Positions 1-14,700 are shown, numbered from the whole stretch's first letter. The stretch is 62,637 bases of DNA, filler included, from Trichosphaerium sp. ATCC 40318 (GCA_038496445.1; 3 parts of 3 records of this genome joined end to end with filler, not necessarily neighbours in it), one strand, 5' to 3'. Program-made: numbers and translations. The notes: a model not told the origin generated them from the letters alone.

Positions 1-563
1 CGTGAAATTAATGTTCATGTTGATTCATGTACACGCTAAATGTGCCTACATTCTCTCAGCAATCCAATAAACTGAGGCTATACAGCAAGCTTCTAACAGA
101 GAGTGTCGGCATTAAGGCCAGCATTAAATCCTTTCAATTAATTTAGGTCTATGTAGATTTGTTGTTAAACAACTTCACTGAAGTCTTCTCTTGCACTACA
201 ATACGCTCATATACTACAATAGCAACTAAAGGTCAGGCTTACTTACACTACCATTACATAACTATTACGAAAGAAGGAATACTTATACTTCAACATAAAC
301 AGCAAACACAGAGCAAAAAAAGAATACAACATCAACTCAGTTCTTCGTTCGAACATAGAAATAAACAAGGAACCAAAGACAACGCGATCAAAAGTGATAC
401 CATAAATACAGGAAGTAAAAAAAAGAAAGGTAAGACATAGGAACTGAAAAAAGCGTTAAAAACTCAAAGAAGATTCAAGTTTATCTGAATGTGAACGGTC
501 TCTCAGAGATTTGTAGGAACTTCAAAGCAACAAAAAACAGAATTCTATACACTAAACAAGCTC

Positions 564-1232
564 ATGAAGAAAAGATTTGAAGAATTAATTGCCGCGAATC
601 AGTCGCGCCAAAATTTGACACCGTTCGTCAGCAAAATCATGGAATACGTACCAGACATGATAACATCAATCGCAAATGGCACTACGACAGCACCACAAGG
701 GGAAATGGTTCAAGACGTAATGTACAAACTTCCAATGTACCAATACGGCGATTACGAGCTACGTCTTCATTACGTGCTCTCTAGTACTACTACGCAGATA
801 CATAATCATACGCGTACGATGTATTCGCTTCTTCTTGGTGGGACATACACGAATACAATCTGGGGCGTTATTCCAAACGATCGTGGTGCCTATCAGCAAT
901 GGCAAAGGACTCCAAACCTCCACAACGTCTTCAAAGAAACTGTAAATTCGGAAGGACAAAAGATGTTTTCAGACTTGATTGTACATACCTCTTCCAAGCG
1001 CAAATTACTATCAGTCCTTCAAATTCCAAGTGGGATATACCATTCGATTAAGACAGACAGCAAGGAGCCTTCAATCTCAGTCGTTATTAGGCTTCCAGCC
1101 GATAAAAAGAAGGCTGATTTTTGGGTTCCTAGAGGAGAGGACTTGTACAAAGAAGAAGTACCAAGTGAGACCATGACAGACACCGACACGAGATCCATGT
1201 GGCGTGACCTTGCCGCCACGCTATCCTTGTAA
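564..1232 (+). CDS. Cupin-fold protein, cysteine dioxygenase-like (intronless)
   Basis: 222-aa ORF with LRLHY...QIHNH (HxH) and a distal YHSI His, the 3-His pattern of CDO-type cupins. Confidence 0.55.
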   Translation: MKKRFEELIAANQSRQNLTPFVSKIMEYVPDMITSIANGTTTAPQGEMVQDVMYKLPMYQYGDYELRLHYVLSSTTTQIHNHTRTMYSLLLGGTYTNTIWGVIPNDRGAYQQWQRTPNLHNVFKETVNSEGQKMFSDLIVHTSSKRKLLSVLQIPSGIYHSIKTDSKEPSISVVIRLPADKKKADFWVPRGEDLYKEEVPSETMTDTDTRSMWRDLAATLSL

Positions 1233-1395
1233 AAAACCAACTGTAAATAACATTCTTGTACATAAAAAAAATGACTTGCTTGTATTGATTTGCGTTTGGC
1301 CAGTTTTTTTGATGTGAGGTGTCAAAAGTCTTTAAAATGATTCATTGAAGGGTTTTTTTAGCTATTTGTGCCATCTGTATTTAGGGCGTTGCAAT

Positions 1396-2690
1396 ATGAG
1401 CGCAAGTAAAGCCCTCTTTTCGTTCGGCATGTTCGCTGATGCCCAGTACGCCGTAAAGGAGATGGTAAAGGTAAAAAAACGCTTGGTTAAACCCAAATTA
1501 TAATTTATCAGAGTTAACACCTCAAAGTCAAGGTATTACGATAAGGCAGCGGACAGATTACAGGTTTGTCTTAATGAGTTGTCAAAACACGAGCTTAGCT
1601 GCGTTTTTAACGTTGGTACGTATCAACGACGCGTGTGAGCGTATAATAACAGTTTATTGTAGGTGACATTATTGATGGCAACGAAACAGAGGCCAAAACA
1701 AACTCAGACATGGACAGAGTGCTATCGGTACTGGACACCTATAAGGGCAAATTTAATCATGTCATTGGTACGTTTTGTATCCCAACGCGCTTCCCAGACT
1801 GTCACAGCATTTACAACCACTACCATTTACATTCACTACTTTTAACGCTTTTACCTTATTAATACTATAGGCAATCATTGCCTAGCGCTACCAGGAGGTA
1901 AAACAAAGCTCATGGAGGTATTAAAAATGCAAAAGAATTACTACGTTGCCTTTGATCGCGATAATTATGTCGGCGTTGTACTTGGTAAGTTTTAAGAATA
2001 AAAAAACTTGACGCTCACTCCTTCCAGATGGCACAGATGTTGGTCTCATGTCTTGGCCTGAAGGATCAAAACAATGGGAAGAAGCTAATACAATGTACAA
2101 GTCTCTTCTAGACAAAGAAGCCCCAAATGCAGAGGTTGTTAACAATGGTTTTTTTTCTTCATAAAACAGTGAATTTTATATTGTCCTTTTTAATCCCAGT
2201 CTAGCCATGGAATAGTGCGATAGGTAAAGATCAGATAGATTGGTTACAAGCGATAATTAGTAAATCACGTACAGAGAAGAAGAAGTGCGTAAATCTTGTG
2301 TTTGTGGGTACTTGTACTAATCTTCTTTTCTTTACATGAAGGGTTTTATTGTTTTGTCATTATCCTATTTATGATAAAGCCAGCTTTGCGCGTCACTTGC
2401 TTTGGAACAGCCATGAAATGTTGGATATACTTGACAAAAATAAAGACGTTGTTGTGGCGTGGATTAACGGACACTATCACAAAGGTGGTTATGCACAACA
2501 CCCGTACGATTTCCAATACTACATTTTCTTTTTTTTAAATTGACATGGCATACATCACGTTACAGTACAAGCAATTTTGGAAGCACCTGTTGGCTCTAAT
2601 GCGTATGGTATTTATGATGTATTTTCGGATAGGATTGACATTCGCGGATTTGGTACTGTACCGTCACAAACGCTCACTTGGAAAAAATAA
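1396..2690 (+). CDS. ADPRM: Mn-dependent ADP-ribose/CDP-alcohol diphosphatase (metallophosphoesterase), multi-exon
   Basis: Spliced motifs FSFGMFADAQYA, SRYY, GDIIDG, VIGNHC, FCHYP, NGHYHKGGY, ILEAP; GT-AG introns. Confidence 0.85.
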
Positions 2691-2860
2691 ACTTTCCTTC
2701 TTTTTACAACTATCTGCTGGATTTCAATTTAGCATTTTACACTCCTATACATCGCACCAGCGCCTTGATACAGGGATGTATACAGTGTGAAGTTAAGCGA
2801 TTGCCTTAACGGTTTAAATGAGAAATTTCATATTGCACAGGCGTGAACGCGGTTTATAGC

Positions 2861-4160
2861 ATGCAAATACGCACTAATGTATTAATATTTGTTTGCATTG
2901 CGATTCTGGGAGTTTTTAGTTCTAGACTATCAAAAACATCAACATCAGGCTCCTTGACCTCAGGAAAGTCCAGTAAGTTTGAAATAAAGTGGTTTTAGTT
3001 ATTAAAACAAAATTACGTTTTAACGGCGTAATAAAGGCGCTATTTTATCCACATCAAGCGGGAAAATACTTCCACAGGCGTTATACATTAAAGTAGTAAT
3101 CACACCCAACGAAAAAACAAGGTCACGCGTTAAGGTGATTAAACTTCCTGTTACACCCTTCAATACCCTCTAATATCTACAGAATCACGCAATTATACAC
3201 AACGAGGAACTAGGATTAGCAGAGGACCTCGTATTTAAACTGAACTCGCCGTACACGTGGGGTAAACCAAAACAAAGAGAGAAAGATTGCTGATTTTTTT
3301 TTTGAAGTTCGTAGCTTTTCTTCATGCGATTATCCATTATTAAGCGAACCACATAAAGTATCAGTATACCTAGAAAGTGTCAGTGGTACCAAATACGATT
3401 ATGAGGTCACACTAAGCCATTGTAAGCATTATTCTTATTTTGTTTCAAAAAAAACCAGAATTTTTGACCTGTTTTCTCAGATCACACTTCTCTGGAGTTG
3501 TTCATGGATCGATGGATACACTTTATGGGACCATCGAACGCCACACATTGGATGATACCAATTGGAAGTGACGCTACACCAAATCAAGCGCACAATATGA
3601 CATTAGAGTTTCGTTCCATGTCTGATTCGTCACCTACCTCACTCTTGAAATCAGTAACACTACGGAATAGTATGTAACCGTCTGTTTATGATTTACAAAC
3701 GATTATTAGGTCATAGTTGTAAGAGTAAGTCCTTCTCAGGAGAAAACGATTGGAGAGAAAAACGGTTTTTTGATGGTAAGTATTGTTGGTTTTTATTTTG
3801 ATTTTTTGTTTTTTGGAAAAGGAAAATTAAAAAGCCTGACTGTTCTCTTAGATGGCGCAAGACATATTGCGCAGTTTAGTGATTTAGGAGCATCAAATTG
3901 GTATGTAGATTTAAAACACAAAGATATACTTGAATCAAAGCGAGGCATTGAGATGAAAGTAACAGGTATGTACAAAGAGCGTTTAAATCATTTTCCTTTT
4001 TTTGTCAAAATTCTCTGCAGTAGTTGAGGTTATGATTTTGTATGACAACTCCCTTTATCTTTTTAGCTACTTTAGCTGTACAATAAATAATCTTATTTGT
4101 AGTTGTCAAAACATACAATAACGGATTTTGTATGAACGGAAGATGTAACCGCATTCACTA
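2861..4160 (+). CDS. Multi-exon secreted protein of unknown function (3' end uncertain)
   Basis: Signal-peptide-like start MQIRTNVLIFVCIAILGVFS; series of exon-like blocks bounded by GT...AG. Confidence 0.4.
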
Positions 4161-4646
4161 AGGAACTTCATTCACGACTAATCGCAAAGCTTTCAAAAAC
4201 CAAAAGTCCGAGGTCATTTTCCAAACGTGGATTTAATTGTAGCTCCTTGTAAATAGCGCGTCAGTGTTCGCTGATGACAGGTTATAACCTCAAATAGCCG
4301 AAAGCAGTATTAGTTCTGAAAACGGAAAACTGGGTATTTTTAGTTCAGATCCTCGTCGTTAATTTTGCTTTAATATACTTTAAACGCGTAGGATATTCTT
4401 AAACAAACGCGTTTCGGGTGTTTGTTCGCGTTTTATATTGCGTCGATCTTTTCGGAGATAGACGCTGACGATATCAATTCTATGTGCATCCACAATGTGT
4501 AGCAGTAGCCACATCCATGTATTTAAGCAAATTAAAGTTGAAGTTGCAAAAAAAAATAACGACATTGTTAGATTGATGGCTTGTTTTGGCATTTTCGGTG
4601 AAACGGGAGTTGAAAAATTTCCATTTTAATGTACCAATCTCTATCG

Positions 4647-5655
4647 ATGGACCTGACGGAGGTGACTTCATATTTTTTGTACTTTCTTACGTACTAATAT
4701 ATACACTTAGGAGAGTTTAACGTTATTACAACTTCCTGTAGCTATTCAGCTGTACATTACTGACTTTTCCGCTGAAACTTATTTATTATGGCCTCTATTA
4801 TCAAGGAAAGCAGCTACAAGTACTCGTTTTAATGATAGATTACAAAAGAATGGAAAGTGGATACAATTCCGTAAAACGAAACGCAAACAAATAGTACGAC
4901 AACAAACGCATTGGAAAAACGGTAAACGACATGGTGAAAGTAAAACATGGACGATGAATGGGAAAAAGATCGTCGAACAACGTTTCTACAAAGAGAATAA
5001 AAGACACGGTATTCAAAAGGAGTGGCGTAAACGAGGGTGTTTATTAACTCATTACAATTGTAAGGCGGGTAAACGAAACGGGGAGTACAAATCGTTCTAT
5101 TCTAATGGAGAACTACAGATAAAGTGTTTTTACGTGGAAGGAAAGAAAGATGGGGAGTTTACAAGGTGGGGCAGAGACGGGAAAATAAAAGAAGCATTTT
5201 TTTACAAAAGCGGAAAGCGAGACGGAGAGTACATGGCTTTCTCTAATGATACGCTTATTTTACGATGTTTTTATAAGAGAGGCTATAAAGACGGGTTATA
5301 CGAAGAATGGTATCAGGATAGGACTCAGAAAGTATCAACTTTTTACAAAAACGGAGCAATTCACGGAGAATTCAGAAAATGGTTTATTTCTGGGAATCTT
5401 CATACCCATGGGTTTTATAAAGGTGGTTTAAAGGTAGGTAAATATGCAGTGTATCATGATAATGGACAAACGTTTCTCGAGTGCTCATACAAGAACGATA
5501 TGCCTCACGGGAATTTTAAAAAATGGGATGAGACTGGCAGTTTATCTCTCAAGTGCGTATACAAGGATAATATCCTACATGGCGATTACAAGCAATGGCT
5601 CACCTCAGGAAACGCTATATCGTACAAGTATAAGGATGGTAAAATAAAACGGTGA
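4647..5655 (+). CDS. F-box-like + MORN-variant (YwqK-like, ~24-aa) repeat protein
   Basis: ATG 4647, intron 4662-4710, then in-frame ESLTLLQLPVAIQLYI...WPLLS...; about ten GEYKxWYxNG...YKxG repeats. Confidence 0.8.
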
Positions 5656-6094
5656 CCGTGTTAACGAAATCCAATAAAAAAGCAAGAAAATATCAATACC
5701 TAGGTTTGTTTACTACGACAAGTAATAGTTTATAATGATAAAGACTTGATGACCAAAACAACAACTAAACATACTAGCCTTATTTCTACAATACTAACAC
5801 TCTTCTTCGCAGTTGACTCATTGTCGTTTTCTACAATTTATTAGTCACCACAGCTTAACAGTGTTGAAATGCTCATAAGTAATACCATCACAGTAATTTG
5901 AGAAGATGTGCAACAAATGTTGCAGATAATAAAGTGAAGATGACGGTCAGATAAAGGGGGAGCGCAATTATGTTGATGACAAGCGTGAAGGGAACATAAG
6001 AAGTGGATCCAAATGGACAAATATGCAACCACTTTTCATCACTGTCTGTACACGTAAAAATTATATATCTCAGGGTGATACAATAATACCAAAT

Positions 6095-8463
6095 TTATTT
6101 GCTGCTTGGATCACGTTTCTGATATTTTGTTAATACTGTTTCTTTAACTCCAGGTCTTTGCACTATGTACAGTTTATTTGTATTGTACATTCCATAATTT
6201 GTGATTTTAAAATACTGTGATTATGTATAAAGCAGGAAGAGGCTCAAAAATAAGATACATCAGGCAGGAACAAGACATCTGGATCTGGAAAGTTCAAAAA
6301 ATCCTCAGGGTCGTCTTCACTGATGATGGCTCCCACATCCGTCACTGGATCAAAATCTTCATCTTGCATATAAAGTAGCTTCTTTAAACTCCTTTTATCA
6401 TACTGCAATCCATGGAAATCAGCTGTATCCATCAACGACCTACCAACGTCAATTTTTATCCGCACTTGTCTTTTTTTTGAGAAAATTGTGAGAATAAACA
6501 AACCTCAACAATCTGCTACAAGACTCAACAGGAAATTTATTGAACATGTATACCATCAACTAAAGGCGAGTAAGTTTCAACTAGTGATGACTCATATGAA
6601 GACAAACAATGATAGCACACTACAAGATAGTAGAAAAAACGAATGTTTGTACAGTCCAAATAAAACTATTTACCTCTTTCAGGAATTGTACATCTCCACC
6701 ATGTATTGCAATGAATCCAAGGTCATGTAACACATGCATATGTGTAGGACATCGATCTGGATACACAAAGTAATCATAGAATAATTGCCTTGCTCGCTAT
6801 AAAAGTAAACAAAAAACGGTAACAAATTTTGAGTTCCAGCTAAACCTTACCTTTACGGCTTCATTTATATGGCCTCCTGCATAGTATACCATAGCATATA
6901 GACTAGTGTACATCGTTCTATAACTCAGCCATAACTCAGGGTGTTTACTTTTGTCAATAATTGATGCTCCAAGATTCTTCATTATAGATAGTTCATAAAG
7001 ATAGTGTGCAAAGTCATCTTCTGACTTAAAAACAAATTAAGTTCTGATTTATTTGCACTTGTGCGTACAATCTGGCGGAGACGGAAGCCATTTTCAGTTT
7101 CAATAGAAATTGTCATCCATATCTAAACACAATTTAAGTCACCTAAAGTGAGCGATAACTAAATAGGACATTAATGTACCTTGCCTAAAGAACACCACAT
7201 AACCTGAATACCAAGAGCTGTTGATACGTTCATTGGATTCTCTACAATAGATCCGAGTTCATCGCCAACCAGCAACAGCTTCTTTAGTTCGTCCTCCCTA
7301 ACACATTTGATCAGTTCTTTATTCATCAAACCAGGTAATAAAACGAACCTGTTTGTGAAGATACGGTGTGTGAATAGCCTACACCGTCGTTCTACAGTAT
7401 GCAAATAGTCAATATATTTATACAAGGGATCTTTAGCGAGTTTACAAAGCATGTCTAGTAAGTATATTAGTGGTATTTGATAGAGCGAAAATTACTAGCA
7501 TTTGTGTTAACATACTGCATCCTTTTTTAGTGTGTTCAGATATACGCTCTACTCCTTCAAAAAATCCACACGCTTTACCCAAAAGAACTAAACCAGCTTT
7601 CAAAGTGTTAGCAGGACGAATGTTCAAAATGAACTTACTGGCAACATTAGGATGTGATGTTCCTTCCAAGTTTGTAGATAATTGTTCGCATACTTCGAAC
7701 AACCTCGTTGATGCTTCTCCGGGTGTATCTTGGGCACCAATTGCGAGCATACCGAGGACTTCAAAGACTTGCGGTTCACCCGACCAACCTAACATTGTAA
7801 ACACTCGTATAACGCTAATAGACATACTAGGGCAAGTCTCAAACAGCTCATTAACATTTTGTGAGTTCCAGTGACGTACAGGTACAGCCTAGATTGTATC
7901 AGAATGGGAAAAAACAGTTTGCGACTCAACAACAAATAATAGAACAGTGCTTACATAACGTGGGTAATATTTTCTCTGATACGCATCCAGCCACATTGTA
8001 ACACAAGCTGAAACGTTTAAATCAGCGTACAGCTGTAGTAATCTTGTCTTACAGGCAGCGTCAGATCAATAACTCAAAAACAAAAAAGGTTGGAAAAAAA
8101 TTCCAACGATGATACCTGCTTGTTCTGCGTGCTCCTACAATACATTCTACGCCAATGAGCGGTTTCACGTGCTTGCAAAGCCAATTGTTCCTTTAATTTT
8201 TGTACCGTTGTTGGAGGCCCTTCTTGGGGTGTTATTTCTGCTACACAACGAAGAACAGGTTACGCACTCTTGCTTGGACCTCTTTTCTTTTGTATTGGGT
8301 AAACACAATCTATATTTCTTTGCGAACAACGTGTACATGGTGAGTGCTCACTACATTTCGCGTGGCTGTTACGACAAGCAATACAAGCGCGGCTACTTCG
8401 TGTTCTTCGTTTTGCAGATGTTTTGCTAACGCGTCGTTTTTTACGTGGCGGTGATAAGGACAT
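6095..8463 (-). CDS. Zn(II)2Cys6 (GAL4-type) transcription factor, multi-exon
   Basis: ACIACRNSHAKCSEHSPCTRCSQRNIDC followed by KKRGP; frame continues across a 27-nt intron (8241-8267) and further exons to a TAA at ~6095. Confidence 0.8.
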
Positions 8464-8789
8464 AAGACCGAACTATGAAGGTGGTTAAATAGTTTATCCG
8501 CCTTGCTTGTTCGAAAAGACGGGATTAATTGAAAGAAACTTAAGTTGACTTTTACAAAACGAGTAGTTTTTAAATCTTTACACCTATGGTGCCATTACGC
8601 CAAAATATTGTCACAAAAACCTCAGCTAGCTCTTATAGGTTTAGACAGGAGTACTGGTTGGTCAGTGCGGGTACGGACTGCTGAACAATTGTATTCTAAT
8701 GTCGTAACAAAAAATAAATTAACAATGCAAACGAAGGCAAATATTGTGGCTTTTTGACTTGTCATTATGCAGTTGCATTTTAATTTCAT

Positions 8790-11700
8790 TTATTCATATA
8801 CATTAACACCAATAACACTCCATGAAGGCATTGGTTGATCAATTAAAAACTTGTGTGGATACTCAACTAAGTGTCCTTGGATTTTCTCCAAATCGTGTTG
8901 ATGATGCATAATTTGCATCTCCTGAAGCTTTTTCTTCTTATCAGAAATACTTGAAATCTTATCACCATATACAATTGGGAATACACGTTCATAGATACGC
9001 GTATTACTAGCTGCCACTGACTTGAGATAATTGAATGTTTTATCACTTGTTGCATCTTTCAAAAAATCAACATCTTCTCCTTCTTTATCACATAATCCGA
9101 GATGTTCCTTCCACAATTGCATACGCAAAGACTGTGCAAATGCAGATACCTGAAAAGAAGCAGGTCAGGGTAAAAGGTAGCGTACATTTCACGTGGTCTT
9201 CAAACGAAATAGGTCGTACATTAAATTTGTGACCACCCATCTTTCCGGGAATCAAAGTCTTCCCTTGTAGGACAGCTGCAATTTCGCTATCTCTGGATCC
9301 AAGCATACTAAATAAAACGTGTTACTTTCAGTGTTGAGAAAATCAAAGGCATGACAACGGTAAACAAACACGCTCAATGTTTTGCTCTCAAAAAAAACAA
9401 ACGTTTGACCAATACCTTCTATCATTGATATTTGCAGAACCAATAATAACAGAACGATCATCAACTATCATTAGTTTTGCATGTACATATACCATTTCCT
9501 CAACAACTCCTTTCGAATAAAGTTTTCCCCAATTACGAAGAGCAAAAAATTGAATATAATCGCTGGCTTTAAAGTCAGGATAAGTAGGCTTCAATTCTGT
9601 CTCTAGAGACTCTATAAGCGACATTGCGCCTCTAGATATTGTTTTAAATTGCCTGGTAATATAAGTAAGCTTTATACGTTAATTGAAGGTTGTACCTGTC
9701 CATTACAGCGAGCACGTGATATCCACTTTGAGAATCTTCAAAGTCTCCTTCAGGATGGACAGGTAACGTAATGTACACCTTAAATCTCTTCTTAGATTCA
9801 ACTGCTTCAGTAATACGTCGCCTTAGGCAATCAGCTACTTCATTCTTTACAATAGGCGAGGAAATAAAGAACTAAGGTACAAGCATTAGAACAACAAAGA
9901 AAAAAAATAAAAAAGAAGAGCTTCTCGTTCAGTCTGATGAATGGTACTCACTTGATTCTCAATGTAAATATAGCGCTTTGAAGTAAGTATGAGGTCTTTG
10001 TATGCCTCGTGTATAGACGCTTCTAGTTTAGAGCCACCTGACCAATGGTCTATTGACCGCACTATTTGTACGTTGAGTGGACCGTCTCCACGAACAGCAG
10101 ATAACTTTGGTAAAATGACAGTTGAAGAGTGGTGATTCCATCTTTGTATAAAGTTCAATGCCACATCTCTTGCTGCTTTTCCATCTAAAATAAAATTTAA
10201 TAAAGGTGGTGGAGCACGTGGAATACATAAAGGTAACAAAAATAACAAAAAAGTGGTGTTAGTGTAACATACCTACGAGGCATTGTATGTCATGCCATGG
10301 CATCCTAGGATGTTCTGTACGATCTAGAGCATCCACAAATGGCTGTAAAGCTCCACCTATAATAATGTAAACGAGAGATTGACAGAACAAATATTCGTCT
10401 GGTTGAAGCGTACTTTCTAAAATTTTTGGGTTGTAGTAATCCTTGCCAGGCCACGTTGTGTTTAAATGACATTCATCTGTCAATTTGTGTTCTTTTGTGT
10501 CATAGCGACCATACGCTATATCAATACCTCCCAAGTATGCTAGATCTTGATCAATCACAACAGTCTTTTGATGATGAGACCTAGAATCGTTTTAGCGTGG
10601 GTTTTTTTGACGAAGTGCCCGTCTCATTGCCGTACCATTTTAATACCAGAGAACCAGCGTACGGATGTGTTATGGCGTGGATATTAGGATGTAATGACTC
10701 TAGCCTCTTCGAGGCTTCGTTTGAATTAAGCTCGAAGGCAAACTTTGTTTCATTCCATATGATAATATATATCTGTACACCTTCTCTAGCCTAACACATT
10801 TGCTTAATATTAACGTTGTCATACAATGTTTATAGTTTACCTTCTGTGCTAGCATAACATCGAATCTATCGGATATTAGATGAGGTGGGTTTCTGTCGAG
10901 GTAGAGTTCAGGACAGAGAAACCAGCCAGTTAAGAAAATACTCTCCTTCGCTCGTAAAATTGCATTTTTAAGAGATAGGTAGTAATCATGGCCACCCACA
11001 AACCATTTTGCATTTATGCCGCTTCTAAGGTGAGCAAAAGAACCGTATCTTCTTTCCTTTGCTTTACAAAAGAAGTAAGTGACAAAGGTTTGACGAGAGT
11101 ATTCAATATGTAAAACAAAAAAGTTTCAACACAATGTTGATATAAAAGTTGACGCACATTTAGCAGTTGTAAGCCTATCGAACCATTCTTTGGTCTTTTT
11201 TTTATCTTCAAATTTAATTCTAGCGTGCGCAGCAGACGACTTATCCACAATACTAAAGTATTGATGTCTCCACTTAAGCTTAGCAGTCTTTAACAATACA
11301 ACATTCTCTGGAACTTCAACGTCATCGTCACATCGATACACCACAACAACATCATCAGTGGCTCTAAGAGAAGTCTTATTCGAAGCTTCTATTGACACTG
11401 AATATGCTTCATCTATTGCAGTATAAAACACACGTGATAACTAATAAAAAAAAGAAGTGTAATTAAAAACTTACCAACTAATAAGGCAAAAAAGTCTTTG
11501 CCAGTGCAAAGAGGTAATCTCACACGTTGAATCCGAAAGTCAAAAGGAACAATATGTGGTGTGGTAACATGTTTATATCTTTGTTTTATCCAATCTTTAA
11601 AACCACATCCCCAAGTATACGTTACACCATTTTCTACGATACATTAGAAACTTATTTTAAGTTGGGTTTTTTTTTTCTTTACAAGCAATCGTACCATCAG

Positions 11701-14700
11701 TTGCCAATGCATAGGAATTTCCCGCTGTAACAGATATAATCTTCCCAGCACCTTTAGGAAGCTCTATGGGTTGTGGGTACATAAAAGCTTTATTGTCAAT
11801 ATTCTCGCGGCCCAAGATACCATTACTAACTTGCTTTCCTATTGTCAAAACAAGTTAGATGCAAATCCAAGTTGTAGCCCAACTCCTGAAAATGAATCGT
11901 ACCTGAGCCCCACGAATAAACTACGCCAGCGCTATCAAGCGCAAATATCCACGACATTCCAACACTGACATCAGCAAGCTCAGTAGGAAGTTGAGATACA
12001 AGTGTAGGTGCCAAGATATCGCGTCCGTGCTTTGGAAGTATTGTAGTCTAGGAATAAAGATCAGAAACTTATGGCACCACCTGCTGCCATCTTTTGGTAA
12101 GGGGGATGTACCTCGATAGATATTTTACCGTGTCTGTTTTTACCCCAGACATACAGGCTGTTGCCGTCTGGATTGAGGACTAGAAATATATTTAACAAAG
12201 CCTTTTATCGTTATCTCATCCAAGAAACTTACCATTGACAAGGGCCATGCTATGAGGACCACATGATATACGTGGTGCTTGTCCAAATGCCGGAAGTCCT
12301 TTAACTATCTCTTTGGGTGCTGAATGAAATACTGTATCACCATGTCCTAAAACACCATGATCTGCTTGACCCCCTATTTTTTCGAAAGTCATTTTTAAGA
12401 TAGCCAGAAATCCTTTTTAGTTTTCTTGATTACGCACAAGTAAATACTCGAGCTCGTCTGCTATTATTCGCTGTTACAACAGCTGTATATCGTTTTCCAA
12501 AAGCAACCTAAAACCAAAATGAGTAAACAAACAAAAGCGGTTTCTTCTCAAAAAGAGGCGTTTATATTGGTGCAGAACACGCACCTGCGTTATGTATGGA
12601 TCTGGAATATCCACAAACTTTGGACTGAATGTATCTTCTTCACTATGTGCGGATATAGGAAGTTCTCCCCATACATACAACTTGTCGTCTAACTTTTGTA
12701 TTAAAAGCGTGGTAAAGTGTAAGATGTCAAAGTACTTACGTGACGCTGAATTCGCATCGGTTGAGGTTGATACTAAGCCAGACATGTGAAATCTGTTGAG
12801 AGTAAAAATGATACACAAAAAAAAATGAATAGAGCTTTACCCCGCTGCAATGCTTGTAACGTTTTCGTTGAAAGGAATCCGTGTAGGTTTCGTGACATTG
12901 GTACGCTGACTTCCTAGTCCCAATTCACCTCTCTTCCCCGTGCCCCACGCAAAGACAGAACCAGACTCTTTAAAAGCAAATGTCAACAATTTTAAACAAC
13001 CTTTTTAGTTTTACCTGTGAGTGCTAAAAAGTGATGTATGCCCGTGGCAATACAGCGCACTGAGAATCGTCCCAGTCCCGGTATCAATGTAGGCTTCTGT
13101 TTATTTGCATTCCACACATAAACTCTGGAAACTAAACGCGAGAGTGATAAGTGTACAAAGGTGACATGTGAAGCAAACCTACCAGTTTGACGTGATACAG
13201 CACCTGCTTCACTATTCGAAGCTTGTGCATTTGAACTGTCTTCCTCTGGATCTACTACCCTTTCTATCTCGTCAGTCTCATACTTTCTGGCGTCTGTGTG
13301 ATCACCTAAAGGGTATCATCACCTATTTAGTATTGCCTCTCGGAGGTAGCATAAGGAGTTGAGAAAAATTATTACCATTCTCCCATTGAATAGGCATCAT
13401 ATGTCCAAAATCCATCACCTCCTTTGGGTTGTCAGTTGCCCAAGAGAAAGGTATGTCATAGAAATTAGGATCAATCTGGGTAAGATTATGACAATACACC
13501 ATCACTGGGGTTTCCCAGCCAAGTGTCTTTCTGATTTGCTTCGTCAAATCAAGGTATGCATTGTGGTTACCTACAAAAAAAAAAAAACTGAGCGCTCCAC
13601 TTTCGTTTACGAAGATTAGTAAGCACATACTCATGCCATGTTCTTTTCGCGTTTTGTTTGTTATTATACGGAACTCTGGATTGTCTTTCAATCCTGGATT
13701 GGCAGATAGTGTCTTTATCGCCATTGATGTTGAGTCAACCCTACACAACCGAGTAAGGCAGAGAAATATGGTCCAAGTTCCATAAAACAATTTCTTGTAC
13801 TTGTGTACAGTGCTCTTCTTCGACCCTTGCTCGATAAACCGTATCAACGTGTTATTACCAGGATCATTCACTAGATGATGTACCCATAGCACAGAAGGTT
13901 CATCAACCTTATACTTTGGCACTACACATTTAATCAAAACAAATTAGCTAATCAAAAAAAAAAATTGTGTCTCACTCACACTTTGTATCTTCACCGTCTG
14001 ATGATGCCAACAACTTGCCACCTGCTTTCTTTAACTTCTCAATGGGGTTGTGAGTAGTTTGTTTTTTCTTGGTTGGAGTACTGCGCAACTGAAATACAAC
14101 CGTTGAGTCAATCATGTCTGTAGCAAAAATTCAAGATATAATAAAAATGGGAATACCTTCTTAGCGTCTTCTTCGCGTCCCTCACGCACTGCCTGTACCA
14201 AGTCGAGGTAGTTGGATAGTCCTGGAGGATAATTTTTTGCGTATTTCTCCATTACACCGAAAATGAGGCTTTTAACCGTTTCTTCGTCATCTTTCAAAAG
14301 TCCTACGCGCTAACGTTAGTTCCTTTTTAAATTTTTTTGTGTAGGAATAGCTGTTGGTTAGCTAATTGGTTTAAAATTAAATCAACGTTTCACGAGACGC
14401 CATAGGTTAACGCACTGTGTACATCAGTGTCCGGGAAACTGTACTGAATACCCCTCGTTTTAAACGTTGCCTCGATAACCCTGTAGTTATCCTTGTAGTA
14501 TGCTACCGCTTTAGGAGATAGTCTGTACGTTAACACAATTGGTCTGTCTGATAAAATCTCTATCAGGCGAATTATGTTCACGCCGTTGCGAAAATCCGTT
14601 GTAAGATTGCCAACCACTATGTTTGCGTTCGCCAGTTGATATTGGACCCACTCCAGAAACACCTTTTGCCCTGTTAGTGGCCCACGAGCCTATGCGCATG

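Noticed and set aside
13307-13337. GC-AG intron or stop readthrough in the PLD gene
   Set aside because: An upstream canonical GT donor (GTAATA, ~13375) gives an in-frame splice
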